DNA of 64,000 nt from an uncultured Arcobacteraceae bacterium (lineage in GTDB: Bacteria; Campylobacterota; Campylobacteria; Campylobacterales; Arcobacteraceae): assembly GCA_964022095.1 (NCBI GenBank), contig CAXHZO010000011.1:1-64000 (forward strand). Direction: 5' to 3'. A program made the position numbers and the translations under genes. Each line of letters begins with the position of its first letter. Within the stretch, counting starts at the first letter, position 1. Under the pieces are notes generated by a model. It ran no database searches. It saw only the letters and a program-made list of their open reading frames with translations, and was not told where the DNA came from. Shown here one piece after another: positions 21,014 to 33,730 of the stretch.

Positions 21014-22501
21014 ATGAGTGCAGATATTCTTTCATTTATCATATTTTTACCAGCAGTTGTAGCATTTGGATTAATGCTTACAACTAGGGATGTTAATACT
21101 ATTAGAAATATTGCATTTTTAAGTACAACAGTTATCTTAGCACTAGTATTAAAAATCTATATTGAGTTTGAACCAAGTGCAGGAATGCAGTTTGTTACAA
21201 ATGTAGCATGGATTGAAACATATGGGATTCATTACTATATCGGACTTGATGGTTTTTCTTTAACAATCTTAGTAATGATTGCTATACTTATTCCTACAGC
21301 ATACTTACTGCTATGGGAAGGAAAAACTAAAGGATATTGGATAAATATGCTTTTAGTTCAAAGTGGTGTTACAGGAACTTTATTATCACTTGATGTGGTA
21401 CTTTTTTACTTCTTTTGGGAAGTTATGCTTTTACCAGTATTTTTGATGATTGGTCAGTATGGATTTGGTAATAAAGTATTTACAACTATAAAAGTAACTG
21501 TTTATACAATGGTTGGATCACTACTTATGTTTATAGCCATTTTATATCTTGGAGTTGCTTACCATAATGAGTTTGGACAATGGTCTTTTGCATATGATCA
21601 ATTAACAAAAATCACAACTTTAGAATATGATACAAAAGTTTGGTTGTTCTTAGCATTTTTAGCAGCATTTGCAATTAAAATTCCTATTTTTCCATTGCAC
21701 ACTTGGATTATGGAAACATATAAAAATGCCCCTACTGGTGCAGTTTTTTTACTATCTTCAATTATGGCAAAACTTGGTGTTTATGCAATTGTTAGATTTA
21801 TGATTCCAATTTTTCCAGATATTTATGTTGAATTTTCATCTTGGTTTGTAGCTATAGGATTATTTGGTTTAATCTACTTTGGAATTGCAGCAATTATGCA
21901 AGATGATATTAAAAGAATGTTTGCATACTCTTCAGCATCACATTTAAGTTTCATCTCTGCTGGTATTTTTTCGCTAAATGAATATGGAATTAATGGAGCA
22001 TTATATTTAATCATAGCACATGCTATAGCAACTGGTGCATTATTTTTACTTGTTGGATTAATTCATGAACAAACTGGATTTAAAACAATTAAAGATTTAG
22101 GCGGAATTGCTAAAAAAGCTCCTATATTAACTTTTATATTTGCAATTATGTTATTTGCAAATGTTGGATTGCCAGGAACGAATGGTTTTGTATCAGAACT
22201 TTTAATCATTTTTGGTATTTTTGAATTTAATGCAGCACTTGGTTATGTATCTGCACTTACTGTTATTATTGGAGCTTCATATATGCTATGGATGTTTCAA
22301 AGAGCAATACTTCAAGATAGACCAGAAGGTTCTACGCAACTTGTAATGAGAGACTTAAAAATCAAAGAAATCATTGGTTTAGCTCCATGGGTTATCTTAG
22401 TATTTGTAATGGGATTTTATCCAGAAATATTTATGAATAAATTTGAGCCAACTGTAACTCACTACTTAAATGATATCTTACATATTGGAGCAGCAAAATG
22501 A
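21014..22501 (+). CDS. nuoM: Complex I subunit M
   Basis: [25 protein letters not shown]. Confidence 0.95.
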   Translation: MSADILSFIIFLPAVVAFGLMLTTRDVNTIRNIAFLSTTVILALVLKIYIEFEPSAGMQFVTNVAWIETYGIHYYIGLDGFSLTILVMIAILIPTAYLLLWEGKTKGYWINMLLVQSGVTGTLLSLDVVLFYFFWEVMLLPVFLMIGQYGFGNKVFTTIKVTVYTMVGSLLMFIAILYLGVAYHNEFGQWSFAYDQLTKITTLEYDTKVWLFLAFLAAFAIKIPIFPLHTWIMETYKNAPTGAVFLLSSIMAKLGVYAIVRFMIPIFPDIYVEFSSWFVAIGLFGLIYFGIAAIMQDDIKRMFAYSSASHLSFISAGIFSLNEYGINGALYLIIAHAIATGALFLLVGLIHEQTGFKTIKDLGGIAKKAPILTFIFAIMLFANVGLPGTNGFVSELLIIFGIFEFNAALGYVSALTVIIGASYMLWMFQRAILQDRPEGSTQLVMRDLKIKEIIGLAPWVILVFVMGFYPEIFMNKFEPTVTHYLNDILHIGAAK

Positions 22502-24018
22502 GTCAATTCTTCTATTTAGTACCAGCACTATCAATTTTAATTGGTGCATTGACACTTATGTTCATGAGTATGTATGAAAAGTTTAGTGTTAAAAACTTTA
22601 TTACTGTATCTTGTGTATTTTTATTTATTGCACTTGGATTTTCATTAATAGAAGTATCTAATTTATACTCTATTCAGCCATATAGTAAATTTATAAATGA
22701 TGTTTTAATATTTGATACATTTTCAAATTTCTTTAATGTACTTTTAATTGGTGGTACAATTTTAACTCTACTAATTGGTGAGCATTATTTCCAACATAGA
22801 AGTTACTTCAAAGGTGAGTTCTTTAGTATTTTACTATTTGCACTTTTTGGAATGATGATGTTAGCTCATGCTAATGAATTAGTAACTGCTTATATTGCAT
22901 TAGAAGTTGCTTCTTTTTCTGTTTATATTATGGTTGGATATAACTCTAATGATTCAAAAAGAGTTGAAGCAATTTTCAAGTATTTAGTTTTAGGTTCATT
23001 TATTGGAGCATTTTACTTATTAGGTGTAGTTTTAGTTTATGGAGCAACTGCAACAACAAACTTAACTGAAATTGGGGCATTTATTACAAGTCATGGAAGT
23101 GAAGATTTAATTTTAGTTTATATTGGATTAACTCTAATTTTATTCACATTCCTTTTCAAAGTTGCAGCATTTCCATTCCAATCATGGGTACTTGATGTTT
23201 ACAGAGGTGCGCCTATGGTTATCACTGCTTATATGGCATCAACATTTAAAATTGCAATCTTTTCATTCTTCTTAAGAGCAATACTACAAGATATTGCTCC
23301 TATTATTGATTTTTGGGATACTATAATTTCAGTGATTATTGTATTAACTTTAGTATTTGGTACTTGGTTAGCAATTACTCAACAAATCATTAAAAGAATG
23401 CTAGCAGCATCTTCTATAGTTCATACAGGATATTTATTATTAGCATTTATTGCACTTAGTTATAAAGATGGTGAAGTATTAAATATAGATTCTGCATATG
23501 CAATTATGTTTTATTTAATTGCATATTTATTATCAGCACTTGGTTCATTTGGACTTGCATCACATATTATTTCTGAAACAAATGTAAGAGTTACATATGA
23601 TGACTTTAAAGGTTTAGCAAAAGAGAGACCTTTTTTAGCAGCAATGATGACAATATTCTTATTCTCACTTGCAGGAATTCCATCAACTATAGGTTTTATT
23701 GGTAAATTTTATGTATTCACTGAAGCAATAAACGCTGGATATACAGCACTTACAGTTTTAGCCGTATTTGCAACAATTATCTCAGTTTATTACTACTTTA
23801 AACTAATTGCAATGATGTATTTTTATCCAACAAAACAAGAGTGTATCTCAGAAGAGTTTAATGATAAAAGAGTTTCAACTTATGCAATAGCATTTGTTGC
23901 AATTTTAACTGTATTAGGTGGAATTGGTTCAGCAATTGTATTCTTTATTCCTGGACTTACTATTGACACACTAATTAATTTATCACAAACTGCTGTACAG
24001 TCACTATTTATCAAATAG
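22498..24018 (+). CDS. nuoN: Complex I subunit N
   Basis: [27 protein letters not shown]. Confidence 0.95.
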   Translation: MSQFFYLVPALSILIGALTLMFMSMYEKFSVKNFITVSCVFLFIALGFSLIEVSNLYSIQPYSKFINDVLIFDTFSNFFNVLLIGGTILTLLIGEHYFQHRSYFKGEFFSILLFALFGMMMLAHANELVTAYIALEVASFSVYIMVGYNSNDSKRVEAIFKYLVLGSFIGAFYLLGVVLVYGATATTNLTEIGAFITSHGSEDLILVYIGLTLILFTFLFKVAAFPFQSWVLDVYRGAPMVITAYMASTFKIAIFSFFLRAILQDIAPIIDFWDTIISVIIVLTLVFGTWLAITQQIIKRMLAASSIVHTGYLLLAFIALSYKDGEVLNIDSAYAIMFYLIAYLLSALGSFGLASHIISETNVRVTYDDFKGLAKERPFLAAMMTIFLFSLAGIPSTIGFIGKFYVFTEAINAGYTALTVLAVFATIISVYYYFKLIAMMYFYPTKQECISEEFNDKRVSTYAIAFVAILTVLGGIGSAIVFFIPGLTIDTLINLSQTAVQSLFIK

Positions 24019-24025
24019 TGACTGT
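23997..24025 (+). terminator. Hairpin at the end of the nuo operon
   Basis: acagtcactattt-atc-aaatagtgactgt, 13-bp stem overlapping the nuoN stop, followed by T-rich sequence. Confidence 0.65.
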
Positions 24026-24230
24026 GTTATTTTGTAACATAAGCCACATAATTAATTTATATAATTAATCTAAATTTTATTTATACCAAATCCCTATAAA
24101 ATCGAACTTCCTATCAATTATTTTATCTAAACGTGTTAATTTATCATTAACTTTCTAAACATATGTGAAGACGGTATTAGCTATTATATTGCTATTATTC
24201 AAAATCTAAAATCGTAGGAAAGGATAGACA

Positions 24231-25031
24231 ATGAGTGACCTAATAGAAGGTTATTTAGGTAAAACTGTTGAGGGAAGAAAGAGCAGATTACCTGCAAAAC
24301 TTGATTATATTCAAAGTTTTACTGGAGGTTTTTTAGCTTTATTTATGTGGGCGCATATGTTATTAGTTGCATCGATTCTTGTATCAAAAGATTTCATGTA
24401 CACTGTAACAAAGTTATTAGAGGGAAGTTTTATATTTGAAGGTGGTAATCCAATACTAGTTACGATAGCTGCAGCATTTATTTTTGTTGTATTTATTGTT
24501 CATGCTGCAATGGGTATGAGAAAGTTACCTGGTAACTTTAAACAGTATCAAGTAATGAGAGCACATGCAAAAAATATGAAACATGATGATACAAAATTAT
24601 GGTTTACTCAAGCATTTACTGGGTTTGCAATGTTCTTCTTAGGTTCTATACACTTATACATTATCATGACTAACTCTGCTGATATTGGTCCTTATGCATC
24701 TGCAGATAGAGTTTGGTCTGAGTGGATGTGGCCATTATATATTTTACTTTTATTAGCTGTTGAATTCCATGGAACAATTGGTCTTTATAGATTATGTGTT
24801 AAATGGGGATGGTTTGATGGTGAAAACCCAAGAGAAACTAGAAAAGCTCTTAAAAAAGTGAAATGGGGATTAACTGTTTTCTTCTTAGTATTAGGATTTG
24901 CTTCATTAGCAGCATATATGAAAATTGGTATGGATCAAGTTAACAACGGAAACGTTGGTAACAAATATCAACCTACTGCTAAAGTAATGGAGTACAAAAT
25001 GATAAATAAAAATGTTGGAGGAATTGCATAA
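24231..25031 (+). CDS. frdC: Quinol:fumarate reductase dihaem cytochrome b subunit
   Basis: Five TM helices with haem-ligand His; Wolinella-type motifs ([24 protein letters not shown]). Confidence 0.93.
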   Translation: MSDLIEGYLGKTVEGRKSRLPAKLDYIQSFTGGFLALFMWAHMLLVASILVSKDFMYTVTKLLEGSFIFEGGNPILVTIAAAFIFVVFIVHAAMGMRKLPGNFKQYQVMRAHAKNMKHDDTKLWFTQAFTGFAMFFLGSIHLYIIMTNSADIGPYASADRVWSEWMWPLYILLLLAVEFHGTIGLYRLCVKWGWFDGENPRETRKALKKVKWGLTVFFLVLGFASLAAYMKIGMDQVNNGNVGNKYQPTAKVMEYKMINKNVGGIA

Positions 25032-27016
25032 TGAAAATTAATTACTGTGATGCATTAGTTATTGGTGGAGGTTTAGCTGGTCTTAGAGCTGCAGTTGCTG
25101 CTCAAAAGAAAGGTTTAAACTCTGTCGTTTTATCATTAGTTCCTGTAAAAAGATCTCATAGTGCAGCTGCTCAAGGTGGTATGCAAGCATCTTTAGGTAA
25201 CTCAAAAATGTCTGATGGTGATAATGAAGATTTACACTTTGCAGATACTGTAAAAGGTTCTGACTGGGGATGTGATCAAGAAGTTGCAAGAATGTTCGTA
25301 CATACTGCACCAAAAGCTATTAGAGAATTAGCATCTTGGGGTGTGCCTTGGTCTAGAGTTAAAGAAGGAACAAGAGAAGCAGTTATCAATGCTAAGAAAA
25401 CTACTATTACTGAAGATGCTGATAGACATGGTCTAATTACATCAAGAGACTTTGGTGGTACTAAAAAATGGAGAACATGTTATACAGCTGATGCAACTGG
25501 ACATACAATGTTATTTGGTGTTGCAAATGAAGCTTTAAAACATGATGTTGATATTAGAGATAGAAAAGAAGCATTATCATTAATTCACGAAAATGGAAGA
25601 TGTTACGGTGCAATCGTTAGAGATTTAATTACTGGTGAATTAGAAGCTTACGTTGCAAAAGGTACATGTATCGCAACTGGTGGATATGGTAGAGTATTTA
25701 AACAAACTACTAATGCTGTAATTTGTGAAGGTACAGGGGCAGCTATTGCACTTGAAACTGGTATTGCTACACTTTCAAATATGGAAGCAGTACAATTCCA
25801 CCCAACTCCAATTGTACCATCAGGTATTTTATTAACTGAAGGTTGTAGAGGTGATGGTGGTATCTTAAGAGACGTTGATGGTCATAGATTTATGCCAGAT
25901 TACGAGCCAGAGAAAAAAGAACTTGCTTCAAGAGACGTTGTTTCTAGAAGAATGATTGAACATATTAGAAATGGTAAAGGTGTTCCTTCACCTTACGGTT
26001 TCCACGTATGGTTAGATATTTCTATTTTAGGTAGAGAGCATATTGAAAGAAACTTAAGAGACGTTCAAGAAATCTGTCAAATCTTTAATGGTATTGATCC
26101 AGCAGATGAAGGAAAAGCAGGATGGGCTCCAGTTTTACCAATGCAACACTACTCTATGGGTGGAATTAGAACTAAACCAACAGGTGAGTCTACTAGATTA
26201 GGTGGATTATTTGCTTGTGGTGAAGCATCTTGTTGGGATATGCATGGATTTAATAGACTTGGAGGAAACTCTGTATCTGAAACTGTTGTTGCTGGTATGA
26301 TTATTGGTAACTACTTTGCAGATTATTGTTTAGAAAATGATGTAACAATTCCTACTTCAACTGTACAAAAATTCTTAGATGAGCAAGAAGCTTATTTAGA
26401 TGAAATCTTAGCTTACAATGGTAATGAAGATATCTTCAAAATCAAAAATAGAATGCAAAGATTAATGGATGAAAAAGTTGGTATCTTTAGAGATGGTCCA
26501 CACTTAGAAGAAGCTGTTGAAGAGTTAAAAGAGTTATTACTTAAAACTAGACAAATTAATGTTAAATCTAAAGAAAAAGCTGGTAACCCAGAATTAGAAG
26601 AAGCATATAGAGTTCCTAGAATGTTAAAAGTTGCATTATGTGTAGCAAAAGGTGCTAGAGATAGAACTGAATCTAGAGGTGCACACTATAGAGAAGACTA
26701 CTTAAAAAGAGATGATGCTAACTGGTTAAACAGAACTTTATGTACATGGCCAAATAAAGATGATATTGAACCAACTATCGAATATGCTCCATTAGACATT
26801 ATGTCTATGGAAATGCCTCCAGCATTCAGAGGTTATGGTGCTAAAGGTATGATTATAGAGCATCCAGAATCTGAAGTAAGACAAGCTCAAGTTGATGAAA
26901 CTGTTGAGAAGTTAGAAGCAGAAGGTAAAGATAGACATGAAATTCAAGATGCATTAATGCCATTTGATTTACCAATGAACTATAAAGAGAAAAATGAAAG
27001 AGCAGGAGACAAATAA
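25031..27016 (+). CDS. frdA: Fumarate reductase flavoprotein subunit
   Basis: [16 protein letters not shown] (covalent FAD His), [21 protein letters not shown]. Confidence 0.96.
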   Translation: MKINYCDALVIGGGLAGLRAAVAAQKKGLNSVVLSLVPVKRSHSAAAQGGMQASLGNSKMSDGDNEDLHFADTVKGSDWGCDQEVARMFVHTAPKAIRELASWGVPWSRVKEGTREAVINAKKTTITEDADRHGLITSRDFGGTKKWRTCYTADATGHTMLFGVANEALKHDVDIRDRKEALSLIHENGRCYGAIVRDLITGELEAYVAKGTCIATGGYGRVFKQTTNAVICEGTGAAIALETGIATLSNMEAVQFHPTPIVPSGILLTEGCRGDGGILRDVDGHRFMPDYEPEKKELASRDVVSRRMIEHIRNGKGVPSPYGFHVWLDISILGREHIERNLRDVQEICQIFNGIDPADEGKAGWAPVLPMQHYSMGGIRTKPTGESTRLGGLFACGEASCWDMHGFNRLGGNSVSETVVAGMIIGNYFADYCLENDVTIPTSTVQKFLDEQEAYLDEILAYNGNEDIFKIKNRMQRLMDEKVGIFRDGPHLEEAVEELKELLLKTRQINVKSKEKAGNPELEEAYRVPRMLKVALCVAKGARDRTESRGAHYREDYLKRDDANWLNRTLCTWPNKDDIEPTIEYAPLDIMSMEMPPAFRGYGAKGMIIEHPESEVRQAQVDETVEKLEAEGKDRHEIQDALMPFDLPMNYKEKNERAGDK

Positions 27017-27750
27017 TGAGCGTTGAAAAAGGTAGAGAAATAACTATATCAGTTCTTAAATTTAATCCAAGAAGTAAGGTTGCAAAACCTCACTTTGTAG
27101 ACTACAAATTAGAAGAGACTCCAGGTATGACTCTTTTCATTGCATTAATGAAAATTAGAGAAGAAATGGATCCAGATTTATCATTTGACTTCGTATGTAG
27201 AGCCGGAATTTGTGGTTCTTGTGGTATGGTAGTTAATGGTAAGCCAGCACTTGCTTGTAGAACATTAATTGCTAATTACCCTACTGGTAATATTCAGTTA
27301 ATGCCTATGCCAGCATTTGAACTTATCAAAGATTTATCAGTTAATACTGGTAAATGGATGGATGCAATGTCTAAAAGAGTTGAATCTTGGATTGTTGATA
27401 ATGGTGAAGAAACTGATATTGCAAAAATGGAAGAAAGAATTGATCCAGATGTAGCAGACCAAACATTTGAATTAGACAGATGTATTGAGTGTGGTATTTG
27501 TGTTGCTTCTTGTGGTACTAAATTAATGAGACCAGATTTCGTTGGACCTGTTGGATTAAACAGAGTTGCAAGATTTGAAGTTGATCCTCATGATAAAAGA
27601 ACTGCAGAAGACTTTTATGAGTTAATTGGTGATGATGATGGAATCTTTGGTTGTATGTCTTTAATGGCGTGTGAAGACCACTGTCCAAAACACTTACCAT
27701 TACAAAATAAAATTGCTTACTTAAGAAGAAAACTAGTAGCACTTAGATAA
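27016..27750 (+). CDS. frdB: Fumarate reductase iron-sulfur subunit
   Basis: [32 protein letters not shown]. Confidence 0.96.
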   Translation: MSVEKGREITISVLKFNPRSKVAKPHFVDYKLEETPGMTLFIALMKIREEMDPDLSFDFVCRAGICGSCGMVVNGKPALACRTLIANYPTGNIQLMPMPAFELIKDLSVNTGKWMDAMSKRVESWIVDNGEETDIAKMEERIDPDVADQTFELDRCIECGICVASCGTKLMRPDFVGPVGLNRVARFEVDPHDKRTAEDFYELIGDDDGIFGCMSLMACEDHCPKHLPLQNKIAYLRRKLVALR

Positions 27751-27756
27751 TAATTT

Positions 27757-27782
27757 TAATACGAGGGATTCCCTTCGTATTA
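27757..27782 (+). terminator. Probable terminator hairpin after frdB
   Basis: taatacgaggg...cccttcgtatta inverted repeat. Confidence 0.65.
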
Positions 27783-27852
27783 TAAAGCTCAAGTATAAAA
27801 AGTTAAGTACCATTATTTGGTATTTAACTTTTTATATTTTAGGGAGAGAGAT

Positions 27853-30210
27853 ATGAGCTTAGCAAATGACTATTTTTTACTATATCATGGTATTACATTC
27901 GAACAGAATTTAGATGTAGAACCAATTGATTTAGAAGTTGACCATGATGTATATTCAATATATGCATTAGTTCTAGCAATTACAAGAAAGAGTTCAGATA
28001 GAATTGTTCCTTTAACATCTTTTAAAACATTATGTCAAAAACTTAATGTTAAAGCACCTTCAAATATTGAAGAATTGAATCACTTACAACACAATATTGT
28101 TGAAAATATAAAAATCACAAAAAGTAAAGATTTTATAAACACATTACATGAATCTTTTGAATACTTAAAAAAAGAAAAAATGCTTAAACTTGAAGGATTA
28201 AGTAAATTAATTTCATTATTTGATCCAGAAGAGTTAGATTTAAATAATCATATCAATAATATTGATAATGAAGATTATGTAAAAGAAGAGAATAGATCAT
28301 CATTTAAAGATCTAAAAGCTACTTTAGAAAAAGTAATTAATGAAGTTAAAAGTGAAATTTCTACAAATGAAAAATTTAAAGATGAATTAGAAGAAACAAC
28401 TGAGTATTTAAACAATCAAAAATTCTCTATTGGTATTACAGGCGTGATGAATGCTGGTAAATCAACAATGTTAAATGCCCTAATGGGTAGAGAAATTCTT
28501 GGAAGTGCCGTTGTTCCTGAAACTGCAAATTTAACAATAGTAAAACATAACGTAAGTGAAAATGCAAAAGTATTTTACTGGAATAAAAACGAATGGTCTA
28601 GAATAGAAAACTCGGCAAAAGAGCTAGAGTCTATGAGAGATTATGTAAATGAAACAAACAAAATCTTTGGTGATGAATTAAAATCATATATTCAAGAAGA
28701 ATCTAGATTTGATGAAGTAGAAATAAATGATTTATCACAATACACTTCAGCAGAAGCAAGTGGTAAAAAATGTAATTTAGTTAAATATGTAGAACTAGGT
28801 TCAGATTTAAACTTCTTAAAAGATGGAATTGAAATTGTTGATACTCCAGGATTAGATGATCCAGTAATTCAAAGAGAAGAAATTACAAAAGAGTACTTAG
28901 CTCAATGTGATATGATGTTACATTTAATGAATGTATCTCAAAGTGCAACACTAAAAGATGTTGAATTTATCATTGATGCACTGCTTTATCAAAATATCTC
29001 AAAACTATTAATTGTAATTACAAGAGCTGATACAGTTAGTAAAGAACAACTTGATGAAGTAATTAGTTATACTAAATCATCAATTGAAAAACAACTAAAA
29101 AAACAAAATAAAGATTCTCAGCTTGATTATATTTTAAAAACAATCAAATTTATTCCAATCTCTGGAAAAATGGCCTTACTTCATAGAATAGGAAGAGAAC
29201 AAGAAGCATTAGATGCTGGTTTTAAACTTGAAGACACTGGAATATTAGAAATTGAAAACTACTTAAATGAAACTCTATTTGGATCAAGTTCTCAAAAAGG
29301 TGAGATAATTATTCAATCTGCTAAATCACAGATTATAAAAACCATCGAAAAAGAGAGCTTATCTTTAAACTATGAATTAAAACTTTTATCAAAATCAAAA
29401 GATGAACTAGAAAAAGAATTAAAAGAGTTCTCTAAAAGAAAAGAAGTAAATAAAAGAATTTTCGATGCTATGAATGAAGATATTAATTTCTATAAAAATG
29501 ACGCTAAATCATACATAGAATCACTTGAAACTTTTTTACAAGGGGAATTAATAGAGCTACAAAATGTCATCAAGCAAAGAGTTGTTGGTGATGTTAGATA
29601 CTCTTTTGAAAAAACTAAGAAAAGACCTGAAAATTCAAGAATCAAAGTTATTGTTCAAACTGCAATTAAAGATGGAATGATAGATATCATTAGAGACTAC
29701 AGATATAAATTTATTAAAAAATCTCAAAGTATAGGGGAACAAAGTGAACAAAAATATCAAGACTTTGGATTTGTAGTTGGTCACAAAAATGATAATTTTG
29801 ATGCAAGAGGTTTTTTCCAAGATGATTTTAAATCAGGTTTCTTAACATCAAACAATGAGGTACTTGTAAATCAAATTACAAATGCCGTTTCAAAATCAAA
29901 AGCTAATAAAATTCAAGAATTAGACAGAGAAATTGAATCTTATGTAAAAGAGCAATTTATTGATATTGAAAATGATTTAAAAACAAAAATAAATAAAGTT
30001 TCTCATCATCTTGTAGAGACATTCTTTGAAACATTAAATGCTCCACTAATTAGAGTTAGACAAAAATTAGAAGATGAAGAAAATATTTTACAAAATCAAA
30101 TAGAGTCATTTGAGAAAAATGATGAAAATAGATCAAACTTATCAATTGATATTCACAAAAAAATCAAAAAATTAGAAACTATTTCTAATGATATTAAAGG
30201 ACTTGTATAA
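27853..30210 (+). CDS. Bacterial dynamin-like GTPase 1 (start chosen at the ATG after the AGGGAG RBS; ORF extends to 27817)
   Basis: G1 GVMNAGKST, G3 IVDTPG, G4 TRAD; long helical C-terminus; tandem pair like Campylobacter DLP1/DLP2. Confidence 0.88.
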   Translation: MSLANDYFLLYHGITFEQNLDVEPIDLEVDHDVYSIYALVLAITRKSSDRIVPLTSFKTLCQKLNVKAPSNIEELNHLQHNIVENIKITKSKDFINTLHESFEYLKKEKMLKLEGLSKLISLFDPEELDLNNHINNIDNEDYVKEENRSSFKDLKATLEKVINEVKSEISTNEKFKDELEETTEYLNNQKFSIGITGVMNAGKSTMLNALMGREILGSAVVPETANLTIVKHNVSENAKVFYWNKNEWSRIENSAKELESMRDYVNETNKIFGDELKSYIQEESRFDEVEINDLSQYTSAEASGKKCNLVKYVELGSDLNFLKDGIEIVDTPGLDDPVIQREEITKEYLAQCDMMLHLMNVSQSATLKDVEFIIDALLYQNISKLLIVITRADTVSKEQLDEVISYTKSSIEKQLKKQNKDSQLDYILKTIKFIPISGKMALLHRIGREQEALDAGFKLEDTGILEIENYLNETLFGSSSQKGEIIIQSAKSQIIKTIEKESLSLNYELKLLSKSKDELEKELKEFSKRKEVNKRIFDAMNEDINFYKNDAKSYIESLETFLQGELIELQNVIKQRVVGDVRYSFEKTKKRPENSRIKVIVQTAIKDGMIDIIRDYRYKFIKKSQSIGEQSEQKYQDFGFVVGHKNDNFDARGFFQDDFKSGFLTSNNEVLVNQITNAVSKSKANKIQELDREIESYVKEQFIDIENDLKTKINKVSHHLVETFFETLNAPLIRVRQKLEDEENILQNQIESFEKNDENRSNLSIDIHKKIKKLETISNDIKGLV

Positions 30211-32243
30211 TGAGTGCAAATTTAAAAATATTAGATAGTTTTATAAACGAATATAAACACACCTATGGAAAAGAAGAAACTGTTTATGATGAAAGTTTAG
30301 TTGGTGATATTAAAAAGATTAAAGATAAATTATTAGATGAAAAGTTTTTACCTTCAAGACAATTAGAAAGAATTTTAGATAAACAAATAAGAAAAGCAAG
30401 ATATCCTATGGAAGTTGCAATTACAGGACAATTTTCAGCTGGTAAATCAACTTTTTTAAATGCCCTTTTATCAAAAAACATCTTACCTACAGGAATTACT
30501 CCTGTTACTTCAAAAGTAAACTTTATCAATTATGGAGATGAGTATAAACTTAAGATCACATACTATTCAGGTGCTCAAGAATATGCTCCAATTGAAGCAA
30601 TTGCAGATTTTACAGATCAAAGACAAGATGAAATGAATGATATCAAATATCTAACTCTTTATGCTCCTATGGATATTTTAAAAGAGATATCTTTTGTAGA
30701 TACTCCAGGACTTAATTCTCAAAGTCAAAGTGATACAGATACAACAAGAAGAGTTTTAAGAGATGTAGGTGGTATTATTTGGTTAACACTAATTGATAAT
30801 GCAGGAAAACAATCTGAAGCTAAAATACTAGAAGAGTACATGGAGCATTTCCAAGATAAAACACTTTGTGTTTTAAATCAAAAAGATAAATTTAGTGAAG
30901 AACAAATTCAAACAACAACTAAATACGTAAGTGAAAAATTCTCAAAATATTTTGCCCAAGTTACTCCAATATCTGCAAAAATGGCACTTGATTCTAGAGC
31001 TCAACAAAAAGATGTACTTATAGAAAACAATGTTGATGATATTTTAAAAGAGTTCAAAAATGATTTAAAAAGAAATTTAGACAGTGGGAATCTAGAGTTC
31101 TTTGGAGAAAAATATAAAGAATTCCAATATAAAATTAGAGAAATCAAATATACTGATATCACAGAAAATCTAAAACTACAAAATGATTCAAATATCCAAG
31201 AAGTATTAAATTATATTGAAAATGAAATGAGACCAAAAGCAGCACAATCAAAAGAGCATGCAATTAAAAAAGATTTAAAAGGTATATGTGATATTTTAAT
31301 TAAAGAGTATCAAACAATTATCGGTGTTTATGAAGCTTTAGCTCAAACATTACAAGACTTAGAAGAGTCTGTAATAAAAGATTTTGAAGAAATTCATAAA
31401 AAATATAGTAAGCAACTATTTACTATATATAACTCTTTAGAATCAATCATGGATAAAATATCTCAAGAAACATATAAGAATATAGAGAGAAAAAAAGCTA
31501 TAAGATTTGAAGAATCAAAAGGTGGCTTCTTAAAAGGTGAAAAAATCCAAAAAGTTGAATATGAAACTTATTGGCTAAATGCTGATAATATTTATAAAAA
31601 CCTTTTTTATGATGATCAAACAATTGATAAAATGTTTAAAAGATCAATTAAACTTCTAAAAAATGTTGAGCTTGAAACAGATGAAGCATTTAGAGAAGTT
31701 TATAGACATATTAGAAAAGATGTTAAAAAATGGCAAGAACCATATGAACTTCTTAGAAAACACAGAGAAATTGCTTCTGATTTAGAGTTCTCAAATACAA
31801 GACACTTTGCAGCAAAAGTTTATGAAAATGTTTTAAGTAGTTACCATAGAGCTATTTTAGAAAATATCTCAGCACTTAGAAAAAAGTTTGCATACTTTAA
31901 TGGTGCCTTATCTTATTCATATATTCAAACAACACAAGCAACTGTTGCACACTTTGAGCAACAAATACATGAGTCAGAAGAGCTATACAAAAAAGAACCG
32001 ACAAGATTTTCTATTCAACATCCAAGACAAGAAGATATTCTTACAAAATTAAAAGCTAATTTTGGATTTGAAAAAATTGAAGACTTCTTAACTTCAAGAA
32101 GAAACTATTTATTTAAAGTAGTTAAATACTCAAAAGAGCAATTTGTAGATATAAATGAAGATAGAATAAAATTCATTAAGTCTAAAGAGGCACAATATCA
32201 AGAAAAAATTAAAGATTTAGAAAAAATTAAAGAGGGAATTTAA
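30210..32243 (+). CDS. Bacterial dynamin-like GTPase 2
   Basis: GQFSAGKST, LPTGITPVT, VDTPG, NQKD; start overlaps the DLP1 stop. Confidence 0.88.
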   Translation: MSANLKILDSFINEYKHTYGKEETVYDESLVGDIKKIKDKLLDEKFLPSRQLERILDKQIRKARYPMEVAITGQFSAGKSTFLNALLSKNILPTGITPVTSKVNFINYGDEYKLKITYYSGAQEYAPIEAIADFTDQRQDEMNDIKYLTLYAPMDILKEISFVDTPGLNSQSQSDTDTTRRVLRDVGGIIWLTLIDNAGKQSEAKILEEYMEHFQDKTLCVLNQKDKFSEEQIQTTTKYVSEKFSKYFAQVTPISAKMALDSRAQQKDVLIENNVDDILKEFKNDLKRNLDSGNLEFFGEKYKEFQYKIREIKYTDITENLKLQNDSNIQEVLNYIENEMRPKAAQSKEHAIKKDLKGICDILIKEYQTIIGVYEALAQTLQDLEESVIKDFEEIHKKYSKQLFTIYNSLESIMDKISQETYKNIERKKAIRFEESKGGFLKGEKIQKVEYETYWLNADNIYKNLFYDDQTIDKMFKRSIKLLKNVELETDEAFREVYRHIRKDVKKWQEPYELLRKHREIASDLEFSNTRHFAAKVYENVLSSYHRAILENISALRKKFAYFNGALSYSYIQTTQATVAHFEQQIHESEELYKKEPTRFSIQHPRQEDILTKLKANFGFEKIEDFLTSRRNYLFKVVKYSKEQFVDINEDRIKFIKSKEAQYQEKIKDLEKIKEGI

Positions 32244-32249
32244 CCCTCT

Positions 32250-32741
32250 TTGAAACAAATAGCACACTATCCAAAAGAGATACAAACACAAGTAAAATCT
32301 CTAATTGACAATAAAAAACTATCAGATTATATAAAATCTAAATATAAAAGCAAACACAGTTATGCAACTGATAAATCACTTTATAATTTTGTAATGGATT
32401 ATAAAAATGACTACTTCAAAAAATATCAAGTATCAAAAGCTATTTATGATGGAAAAATAAATGTAATTGATAATGCTTTAGGAATGCATTCTTTTGTATC
32501 ACGAGTTCAAGGTGGAAAACTAAAAGCAAAAAATGAAATTAGAGTTGCAAGTATGTTTAAAAATATGCCCGAAGAGTTTTTAGAAATGATTGTTGTTCAT
32601 GAGTTATCTCACTTTAAAGAAAAAGAGCACAATAAAGCTTTCTATGATATGTGCACTTATATCATGCCTAATTATCATCAAGTTGAGCTAGATCTTAGAA
32701 TTTATCTTATTCATTTAGAAAGGTTTGGAAAGCTTTACTAA
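32250..32741 (+). CDS. YgjP-like M48-family metallo-hydrolase
   Basis: IVVHELSHFKEKEHNKAFY HExxH motif typical of YgjP. Confidence 0.85.
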   Translation: MKQIAHYPKEIQTQVKSLIDNKKLSDYIKSKYKSKHSYATDKSLYNFVMDYKNDYFKKYQVSKAIYDGKINVIDNALGMHSFVSRVQGGKLKAKNEIRVASMFKNMPEEFLEMIVVHELSHFKEKEHNKAFYDMCTYIMPNYHQVELDLRIYLIHLERFGKLY

Positions 32742-33649
32742 ATAAATTTTATAGGCACATAATAATCTAAACTAAACTTCTCTTCACTATTTAAAAAATG
32801 GTTTTCATGATAAATAGTAAATGATGGATTAGTTGAAGTTTCATAACCACTATTTATAAGCCAAGAGTGATAAACCCATTGAATTAATTTTAAAACATCT
32901 CCATAAACTCCAGTTACGCTAAATTTTGCATAAACTCCAGATGGAATATTTAAACTTGGTAAAGAACAATTCTTTATATCTTTTGAAGTACTTACACAAG
33001 CTATATATTGGCACTCTTTTAAATTTGTAATAATAGGATTATCATGGTGCAGTCCTACTTGAATAAAGTTTTCAATATCATTTGAATAAATCCAAGTTTG
33101 AAGTTTCTGCCAAGTTTTTTTGATACTTCTATCATAACCTTGATGTCTAATATAATATGCTTTTCTTGAAGATAATCTTACTATTTGAGGCTGTAAATTA
33201 GTAAAATCTGCTTTTGAATTAATTGCACTAATCGAATCTTTTAATATCTCATTTGAGTATTTTTTGTACCCTTCAGATTTCCACTGCTTTGGAGTCATTT
33301 TAAATCGTTGTTTAAATGCCCTTAAAAATGAAGTTTGAGAACTATATCCTATCATTTTTGATATTTCAGTTATTGTTGAATTTGTATTTGAAACTAATAA
33401 ATTTGAAGCTTTTATAAGTCTAATATCTTTTATACTTTCATAAATATTTTTTCCAAACTCATCTTTAAAAATTCTATGTAAATGATATTTACTTACGTTT
33501 AAATCAATTGATAATTCATCTATATTTATATCTGTATCAATATATTTATAAATATAATTCATAACATCATTTGCTAACTTTGCTCTTTTTTGAAGTGTAA
33601 TTTTTTTCATAATTTTTATTATATCAAATTTTGCAAATAATATTAGCAA
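32738..33649 (-). CDS. AraC-family regulator with GyrI-like C-terminal domain (start probably 33610)
   Basis: SKYHLHRIFK, GYSSQTSFLRAFKQRFKMTP; C-terminal HDNP..T..CQY and IPSGVYAKF. Confidence 0.9.
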   Translation of the reverse strand: MLILFAKFDIIKIMKKITLQKRAKLANDVMNYIYKYIDTDINIDELSIDLNVSKYHLHRIFKDEFGKNIYESIKDIRLIKASNLLVSNTNSTITEISKMIGYSSQTSFLRAFKQRFKMTPKQWKSEGYKKYSNEILKDSISAINSKADFTNLQPQIVRLSSRKAYYIRHQGYDRSIKKTWQKLQTWIYSNDIENFIQVGLHHDNPIITNLKECQYIACVSTSKDIKNCSLPSLNIPSGVYAKFSVTGVYGDVLKLIQWVYHSWLINSGYETSTNPSFTIYHENHFLNSEEKFSLDYYVPIKFI

Positions 33650-33730
33650 AAATAGATAGTTTTTGATTGTTTTTTAGTAAAGAATTAATTTTTTAAATAA
33701 TATAAACTTCAAATAAAAAAAGGATAACAA

